DNA of 64,000 bases, from assembly GCA_051362555.1 (NCBI GenBank), contig CM120641.1:26232401-26296400 (forward strand). Reading direction: 5' to 3'. The notes under the pieces are model-generated. The model did no database searches. It was not told where the DNA came from and saw nothing but the letters and a program-made list of their open reading frames with translations. The first letter of the stretch is position 1. Each line of letters begins with the position of its first letter. The position numbers were made by a program, and so were the translations under genes. Below, one piece after another: positions 55,064 through 64,000 of this stretch. The DNA comes from Lingula anatina (taxonomy: Eukaryota; Animalia; Brachiopoda).

Positions 55064-57771
55064 CTGGATTTAGCAATTTTCATCTAGTGTCGGGGCGCAT
55101 GTTGAACATTGCAAGTGCCAGCATCGAGTGATACATGTAGCCGCATTACACTCCTTGATCAGTTTCTTAAAAACCTTTATCATCAAGCGCGATGAATTAG
55201 TTTGACGCGTGTCAAAAATATGCCCCAGTTGACTTTTTTTTCTTGAGAAGATCTAAGCAGAAATTTATTCTCGCGTATACCTCTCGCCTCTCGGTCAATC
55301 TGCATCCCCCAGCAGTATCACGCGACTGCCCTGACAACAATAGATATGATATACCCTCTACCAGGGCCGCAGATTTTATTATGTGGGGTTTTTCTCTGAC
55401 GCGAGAAATGCAGAGAAGAACCGTCAATTTAACCAGAGACATATCTGTGAATGTCTAGTGAAAAATCAATCTGTGGCCCTGATAGAGGGTAGGTAAGATA
55501 AAGGGCGATAGTTGGTTGGCGTGCCCATGGTTGGGGATTTAGAGTTCGCGTTTTCTGACCACTTCATTTTTGGACAAGGTGTGTATTTTCTTAAACCGTT
55601 ATACCCTGGTGGCGTGGCTTTTACGATCATTTACAAAGTTTGAGAAGGTTTATATCAATCCATCTTAAGTTTTAACCGTCCAAAGTCTAACATGGACGTG
55701 GCTCTACACCTAGCTGAAGGGTGACTGTTGCCTCCTTGCTGTACAAGTGTTTCATTCTTGTGTAAAGTTGAAAACGGACACTTACACAGATAGATAAGAA
55801 AAACACAACACAGAAATTGAAAAAGCATGCGCAAGTGTGGTTTCATTAAAAAAGAAAAAAGAGAGCGAAGCACGGGATTGCACCTATTCACATAGCACAA
55901 CTGAAAAATGATTTTTTTTAAACGAAGGAGACACGGTTCTTTCCATGCAATGATCTCAAGGGATGTGCTGACGTGTGTTTAGCGGTTCAACTGGCACTAA
56001 TCTCTCTTTAACGTGTTCATCTAAAGTTCCACCATATACTTTATCGATTCTGTCTTATTGAAATATCTGTCTTTGGTCTACCTGCCGCTATGTGCACCGA
56101 ACCGATTCCGACTGCATGGGTGGCTGCTTCCAGAAAACAGTTTGCCATTATGGCTTTTATAAAATCGAGGGTAAAAGTGCATGTAGCGCAGCTTCAATTG
56201 ATCAAATATTTCTGTTCTATTTAAGTTTTCTTTAAGGCGCTGACGGGAAAGTTTCCTCAAATAGTCCCATTAGACAAGCTTTTTAAGTGCTATTTTTTAC
56301 CATTTCAGAATGTAATGGAAGTTCACTTACCACTACCGAAGCCGCCGTAGAGACAACAAAATCTATAACAACTACTGTTGGCACAACGGTACGCTCTCAA
56401 TCTTACCATTTTTTAATTAGAAAATAAGCGTTACGATTGTGTCTTACAAGGTTATCCTTGTGTTCTAACCATAGTATTAAATACCTTTTTGTATTTTTCG
56501 CCTCTCGCTCTCTTTCTCACAGAGATATAAACGTACAGTAATAAAATGGCTAAAAAGACACTTTGAAACACGTTACTTTGAAACACGTTTCTTTTTTAAT
56601 TTGGTTGCTATTTTATTTTTCATAGACAACTGAGGATCCGGGGGACAGTCAAGCAATGCTAGTTGGCTTACTATCTGGCCTCGGTTTTTTTGCTGGAATA
56701 GTGACGTGCTGCTGTATAATATGGTGTATATGCTGCGGATCTCTATGCAAGGACACCAAGAGCAATAAAGTGTCACCGGCCAATTCGCCAACGGAGCTAC
56801 TGGATCGCATTGAAAGAGGACGGTGATAAACATTTTACACGCTAAAAATCATGCACGAGAAAATTCCATAACCCGAATATGTGTTATTTGAGAAGATTTT
56901 TTAAAAAGGTGGGATATATCGATTGTCCACTCTGAGGACTTAACTTTGTGCTAGTTATTTGAAACTAGCGGATTTGATTTTTTTTGTAGTTTTTACATGA
57001 CAGAATTGAAAGCGGTCGTGCAGTGATAGTACGGTATGCTATAATACAAGAGTATCTGTGATAGCCCTATATCATGACTGTGGAGAGAGAGTCTTGTGAC
57101 TTTTTCACAGCTTCCAAAGGACGGTTATTGGTCAGAGATAAGAATTTTTCTTACGAGGGAGAATGGTTTTTTGAAGAGGAATATCTATATATATTTTGTG
57201 TCAAGAACAATTTGCAAAACTGTCTTTGTTTTTTAAGGTGACTTTGCTAACTTGAGCAATACGTCAACCATAATCTGATAAAATGGTACTATGACATTCT
57301 GTGTCCCGTCCCGTTACATGTTTTCACTGATATAATATATACGCACGTTTCCATGTTAACTGATACCGCACGGGAACCCAACATTTCTGGGAACCGAGGT
57401 ATCTGACACTGTGATATGATAAACACGAAGCCATGACCGCATTTGTAAATCATCAGACGAAGAACTTCATCAAATCAGCCGTGTTCGCGGCCTGTCATGC
57501 TTTTCTGCTGCACTTTGTGATGGCCTCGCCGTATTTTCATGGTACCATGATTTCTTGTGCCGATATTTATCTTGACGACCGCCGGATCTTTCGGTAGGAA
57601 ACAGAATGCTCACTGTGGCTTACAATTAATTGTGAATACATAAATGTACAGTTACCGACAGCCGTCCCCAAGGGAAAGAACACGATCAATAGGTATATCT
57701 GGGTCAATACACCGTTAATTTAATATATGGCTTTGGCCAGAATATGGTATATACGCCATTGCAGGAGATTG

Positions 57772-57819
<48 letters not shown>

Positions 57820-59388
57820 TAAAAAAAAAACGACCAGCTGATAAGAAGAAATAGAAGTTGAATAAAATGATAGACAAGGATCTGCATTAAAGATTAAGAA
57901 GCATTTAAGGTGAACGTGGGTATGATCCGTCATTCAGGCTCAATTGACACGTTAATCACAATGTTATCGGGCACTCATTGTAAATCTTTTTAATAGTCGA
58001 TTGAATGTTGATGAAACTTGTTATCAGCCATTTGTTAAGAAGTAGGTGAAAACGGCGACATATTTGCCTACTCATAAGAATTAATACCGCAGTGTCATCA
58101 TTGAGTACATTTTTTCAGAAAGAAAAAAGAACATTTCGTATCGACCGCATTCGTCATTTATTTTCATGAATACACTAGATCGGTCTATTCAATGAAAAAC
58201 GATCCCAGTGACATACTGAGCATACGATTAGTCTTTTTATCTTTTTTCAATGAACTTTATGGTTGAATGCACTCCAGGAAACCAATGTATAGATTAAAAC
58301 GTGAAGTAAGCGGAATGCTGTCTATCCGAGCATTTAGCACGTTCTTGCTAATACTCGCAGAACTGGCACAACTCACATATCAGAATATAGTCTGGAAATA
58401 TGGATTGCGCTCCATATTCAAGTTGGTAGTCATAGAAAATGAATGTCAAGTTTACCACATGCATGCATGTGTTGAAGCAATAGGCAAACCCAAGTTCTTT
58501 TTCCGGTATTCAAGTGAAGGACTTATGCATAACGTATTTATTAAGGTGTCTAGTAGGCCTACATGAAGAGAGTTTTAGATTTTTCATTTTGAGACGTATG
58601 GAATAATAGTCTCGTGTAACAAAATCGACTTTACAAAGCTTCATACGACAGCAAATTTAGCAGTCGATTTGTGCCTGTCTAAACTGTCATGCTGATGAAT
58701 GAAACTATGTCTGAAGGATTATAAATTAACAACATTTTCTGGGGTTTTCTTTAATCGATATTCAATGAAAATATGTGTGCGAAGGACTGCACAATAACAA
58801 CATTACAACATTTTCTAGCGTCTTCTAAAGTCAATAGTCAATGGTGTACACGAAGGATTACACATGAACAATATTCTCCAGGGTTTTCGATAGTTGACAG
58901 TCAACTTATTGACGAGGAACAGTGAAGTATCTCGACCTGTTAAGCAACCAAGAGGCGTCAGTGCAAGGAAATTTTAACAATTACTAAAAATTATATATAT
59001 AGTACATGTAACTTAAATGTTGAAAAATCCGTTTGTTTAACTTTCGCTATATGTGTAAAACAAACATTCAGATTCGTTATATCATCTTTATTGAAACTAT
59101 ACTCTACGGCTAAATTAAAGATTTTATTTTCAAAAGCAAACAACAACGTATACAGATGTCCATACAATGTGGTATATAGCCTAAAACATGATTTTGACAA
59201 ATTATGCGGTTTCGTAATATCTGGTCAGTTTGCCCCAACTTTTATGTGGCTGAAGACCTTCATGTGTTCATGTTGGCTTTGAGACAGTTATGACTTTTGT
59301 ACATCTCTGTTTTTTTTTTTTTTTTTGTTTTTTTTTTTTCATTTTTTAATAAATAGGCTACCGGAGCTTTCCAGGAACTGCCGCACCG

Positions 59389-60376
59389 TTACCTAAAAAC
59401 AAGGTTTACAATCAATTACTAGATATCTACTTCCCACATATTTAAGATTACAATATTCTATAAAAAAAAAATCGGTCTCTAAAGAAATATTAAAATTAAG
59501 CTTTGTCAGTCACAAATTAACTAATGGGCAACTGCTTATTTTGTAAATAAAACGATGAGAAAGAAGAAGATAACTTTGGAACTTACTCAGAAGGAGAACC
59601 TTCGGTCTTCACGCATTGTGGACAGTTCTCCGTGCAAGGCTACAATGTTATGAAGAAGAAAAAAATAACTGAGAAAGACTTTATGATTATACACAATTCC
59701 TGTATGACCCATTTCCCATAAAAACCAGAAAACTAGGACGCCATGCAAAAGTAAAGTGAAATACTACAAACTTAACAAGACGTGCAACATGTTATATATA
59801 AACTTATACAACGAGTATGGGTTATGTACGTAGATTAAAAACAAGCACTAAAACTTGTCAACTGCTGAATTTCACTTCCTATTATTTAATGACATAATGC
59901 CTCTATTGGCTCAGTAGCTTTTGGCACATCACTGTGATCCTCTAGAACAAAGTGTCAACTTCTCTTGCCGGGATATATTCTATGTTTTTTTTTAATAAAA
60001 ATTGGCCTTGGTGAAAATTCTATTAACAGGGCTGAGCAGACCGCGAGACGAGCGAGAATATGTCCATAAATGCAGCGAATAAAAAAACATGCCACAAAGC
60101 AATCAATACATCAGATAAAAAATATTTATTTAAAAAAAAACTATAGTGCTAACAAAATACTTTGCTTTTAATCGATGCCTATACAGCATGCAGTCCATGC
60201 CTCTTACCTCCTAGTGACAGTGATGGGAGTGATGATGGTCATGTGCAGCAGTCTTTGTTGCAGAAGTAAAATAAATTTATATTTCACAAACCAGCGTCTG
60301 TTAAGGTATTTTAGTTCAAAAGTCTGTCATACTGGTTTCTAGACAGTTGTAAGGAAAAAAACTGGTGGTCACACAC

Positions 60377-60432
<56 letters not shown>

Positions 60433-61375
60433 ACAAAGGGCTCAGTCATCACCGAAGTCATGAAACCTCACCTTTCCATCCTTACAGCAGTCCTTTCCAG
60501 CGCAATTGGCACACTCTGGTTTACAGCAGCAATTAGCAGTGGTACATGAAGGGCAAGACTCCTTGCAGGCCTGGAATATCAGAGCGTACTCTCTTTGTAA
60601 AACAAACTAAATCACAGCTTTACATTTGAAGAATGAGTTTTGAATTCAAGTATTTGGCAATTATTACTGAGTTGGTTTGGTCTCTCGATTTCCCTCTGAA
60701 ACGCAAGTGAGAGTGAATGAAGAGCAGTTCAATGGGAAAGAATAAAGATAACAAAAAAAAAAAAAAAAATCGGATTATCAAATTAAGCAAAACAATAATT
60801 TAATACGAAATATGTGACCTGTAGATAATTCAGTGGGTGGGGTGGGGTGAGTGGGGTGGGATGGAGAAGAACGAACCCCATCTCCTGCCCCCCCCCCCCC
60901 GCCTTTATCTATCCGCTGCTTCTCTCTTTCTTTCTCTCTCTCTCATATAAATACTGTCTCACCTCTCCCTCGGTAGTACAGCATTCCTTGTCCTTGCATT
61001 CACAGCACTGACACTTTGGGCACTTGCAGCCCTCATCGCACGTGGCCTTCCTGAAATCAGCAAATGTGGTAGTTGAGACACGTGCACAGCTGTGGAATGA
61101 AAATTAACACAACCCAGCAGATCATTTGGGGATAGTTAATTTTTCCATCTTACTTGCAACAAGCGCTCTCTAATTTGAGCATTATGTATTGCGTAACATT
61201 TTGATTAGTTTTGAGCAGAAATAATTAAATTAGCAAAATGCAGATCTCCGATTTCTTCAAGTCAGATAGCATCTGCTGTTCACTAAAAGGTCCAACAAGC
61301 TTTTAGCTCGACAATGCAGCTCATTCACTCGACTTACGCGCCGGTGCATTTTCCACAGCATTGAACATCTGCCAT
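59389..61375 (-). CDS. Metallothionein-like Cys-rich protein (93 aa, 25 Cys, no aromatic residues)
   Basis: GT-AG exons 61375-61338, 61050-60963, 60570-60472, 59639-59587 and 59392-59389 join in frame: MADVQCCGKCTGAKATCDEGCKCPKCQCCECKDKECCTTEGEACKESCPSCTTANCCCKPECANCAGKDCCKDGKPCTENCPQCVKTEGSPSE*. Start context is AAAATGG. Confidence 0.88.
60208..60252 (-). CDS. 45-nt cassette exon encoding a His-rich tail TAAHDHHHSHHCH*
   Basis: U-rich tract then aag acceptor, strong donor GAG|gtaaga, phase 0-0, in frame with the upstream Cys-rich exon. Confidence 0.72.
60370..60435. repeat. (CT)n(CA)n compound microsatellite in a metallothionein-like gene intron
   Basis: Directly visible; reads (UG)n(AG)n in the pre-mRNA. 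Confidence 0.95.
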
Positions 61376-61521
61376 TTTGAGTCTGAAAAAAATGAGCATA
61401 CTGATAAGCATGATGTTAAGGCTACACGTTCATGACAAATAAAGCATTACTTGAAACGGACGATTAAACGGACTGTGTATAAAATTATCAATAAATTTTG
61501 TAACTAAAACTGCTACTCTTA

Positions 61522-61522
61522 A

Positions 61523-61559
<37 letters not shown>
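61522..61559. repeat. (ACT)n microsatellite
   Basis: Directly visible. Confidence 0.95.
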
Positions 61560-61589
61560 GCAAAGCCGTCTTCTGTAGGCCTCACAGTT

Positions 61590-61596
61590 TGCACGC
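61590..61596 (+). promoter_or_regulatory. Candidate metal response element core (TGCACGC)
   Basis: Matches TGCRCNC about 215 bp upstream of the ATG. A second match, TGCACAC, is at 63545-63551. Short motif, so it may be chance. Confidence 0.35.
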
Positions 61597-63628
61597 GTTT
61601 TCTTCGCCCCATCAGTGGAATACAGCCCAGTTCTTTCCTGTCCTTTCCTCAATGTTCAAGTCTGATGTTCTCTGTCTTTAAATTTGCATTGTATAGACTA
61701 CGGAGGCCAACCGTCTTCCCCCCCCCCCCCCCCTTCCTCCTCTAAACTTTTAGTTTTCTTGTTTGAAGGTTAAATTTTAATTGATAATATTAAAACAGAA
61801 ATAATATACTATGAAGTCGATTTTCAGTGAAATCAGGAATTTATCCCGTTAAGTGGTATTATATACTGGGAAGTGTCTTAACATACGTGCATGATAACAA
61901 TTAAGGACAGAACTGCAAGAAAAAAATGGCGATGAGACTACTTTTAACCTTTATCCATAACGCTCATAATGAATATTTGTCGTTTGTTTGGCAAACTAGA
62001 AAACGCACGTTCAAGAGGGCATTGGGCCACTTGCCAAAGCGCAACGTAATTTTCCATTCAAACGAGTTGAAGATTAACCCAATTGCTGCGGTTTATCGTA
62101 TGATTATTCTTTATAAATGAATGATTGTGGATTGTAACGCGTCAAATGATAGCGCTTTTTATTGGCGTAATGATAGCAGTTGATAACCTAATTGATTTTT
62201 GCAACTTTAATACTTTGTGACTAGGAAGCGCGAGCGTACGCACGTGCGGGAGTACAGCTACGTGCCAAGAGCCACATGACTGTTGTTGACTTACTCAACG
62301 TTACTGAGACTCTTTGCCGAATTTTACTCCCACTAAAGCCGTGAATTATTTTAGTGTACAATGCAGCGCCACAACACTGAGAAGGAACAGTTTTAATGCC
62401 AACCATAGAATTGGTGTAACAGTCCTGTCAACACTCGAGATCACGTCGGGGGTCTCGTGACCTCCCGACTCAGACCAAAAATCTCCCGATCTATCAGACT
62501 TTTCTTTCCTGTCGTTAGAACGGCTGGTGACATTATTAAAAACCGTGCCGTTACATTATCGTCTTCTTAGTTTCATTGATGGAGGGTAGTGATTGCAGTA
62601 AACAATAAGGAGGAAATGTAAAGACAAAACCACGTAGGGTCCATCCGGAACACTATGTATGTTAATTCTTAACACGCCTCCTCCTGACCCTATACCAGGG
62701 TCACAGTTTGATTTTTCAATAGATATTCACAGATATGTCTCTGTTTAAATGAATGGCTGATCTCTGTAATGTTTGTGGATCTTTCTTTCTTCCTTTTATT
62801 ATGATTATTTTATTTTATTTTATTTTTTTGGGGGGAGGGGGCAATTTCTATTGTGAGTGGATAGTCAACACGTGAAGTGCCAAATAAAAAAAAGAATACA
62901 ATAGCAATTTCCATGCCAAATTATCAGAAACATCTCGTAACAATTTCCTGCGTGAAAAATCAATAAAGTTTATTAATGGATCTTCAGCAGACAGCATACT
63001 GCATAAACAGGCTTACGTAGATCTGCTTCATATAGATGCACAAACATGTATCTTTCTTCGTTAAAAAGTTTTTTCGCTTTATCATATCAAGAAATATGTA
63101 ATTTTGTCTCATTTATTCTTCCCTCCTATCGTTGCTTTCTTCTCGAAGTTTGGCCGTCTTGCTACATATAATGTGCTTTCTAATGATTAAATAACGTTCC
63201 AATCTTATAAGCACGGCAGCAATAGAAACACGACCTCAAAGGAGACAGCGCTTCATCAATAATTAATACGAAAGATGGTGCAATCGTCTTTTAACGTCTA
63301 TGATAAACAACACGAGCGTGTGAATGTACAAATTTCCAATTTTCTCGTGAAAATAAGAGTTATTTTGATCTGGATAACATGAAATCTTATTCTATATTTT
63401 TTCAATTCAATACTGAATGATTGCCCTCACTTACCTTATCTCTCGTATTTCAGTGTAACTTGGAGCCTAGCTATGTAGCTGGTAGACGTGGAGGACGCTG
63501 TTAAACTCAGCAGGCTGTTGCGTTTTGTTAATTTTATACGACTTTGCACACGAGACACTGACTACCGCCCGCAAACGTCAGGCACGAGACTCGGTTTATC
63601 TAAGGAAACGGTATTTAGACAATTTTGT

Positions 63629-64000
63629 CAGGTCTGATAAAAATTAATTTGTTGTTGGAGCTTAAGTCATAATTAGCATTTTTGACCAAAAAAAAGGGGG
63701 AAAGGGGTTTTAAATATATAATTCACAATATATATAGTAGGCCTAGTAGCTGCGTTTAAATGTCCTCGCGGAACCTTAAATGTTTTTCAGTCGTTATCTT
63801 TTGATTGACCTATTTCTGATGAACTTGGCTGTTTGTCAAAATATTCCTAATCGTGTTTATGGCGTTCTTTTGCAGGTGTGATAAAATATGAACTTGTGGC
63901 TGGAACGTAAATCATAATTAGCATTTTGAAAAAGAGAGAAAGACGGTTTCAATTTAATATAACACGTATATCGTAGGCCTAGTAGCTGCTTTTTAAGTGC
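63629..64000. repeat. Diverged tandem duplication, period about 244 bp
   Basis: caggt.tgataaaa...tcataattagcatttt...gtaggcctagtagctgc occurs at 63629 and at 63873. Confidence 0.8.

Noticed and set aside
59308-59340. T-run resembling a poly(A) tail after the metallothionein-like stop (retrocopy?)
   Set aside because: The gene has introns, and long homopolymers are common throughout the window.
1-64000. CRISPR arrays, tRNA/rRNA genes or prokaryotic operons
   Set aside because: The sequence is spliceosomal-intron eukaryotic DNA; no repeat-spacer array or structural RNA gene was recognised.

Overview
AT-rich, intron-rich animal genomic DNA, probably a lophotrochozoan such as a mollusc (inference from gene structure and repeat style). 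By splicing exons by hand I reconstruct six genes: DNAL1 (-, 10 coding exons, 190 aa), MRPS10 (+, about 322 aa, long acidic N-terminal region), a single-RRM plus CCHC lark/RBM4-like gene (-) with two candidate last exons, two tandem Stum/SPEC3-family genes (-), and a metallothionein-like gene (-, 59389-61375) that the ORF track misses entirely. That last gene has an atypical repeated Cys module and a 45-nt cassette exon encoding a His-rich tail ending in TAG; it is the most interesting item here. The window also holds a TIR-bounded but dead Tc1/mariner element, several MITE families and local duplications. All splice models are predictions from sequence alone, with no transcript evidence.
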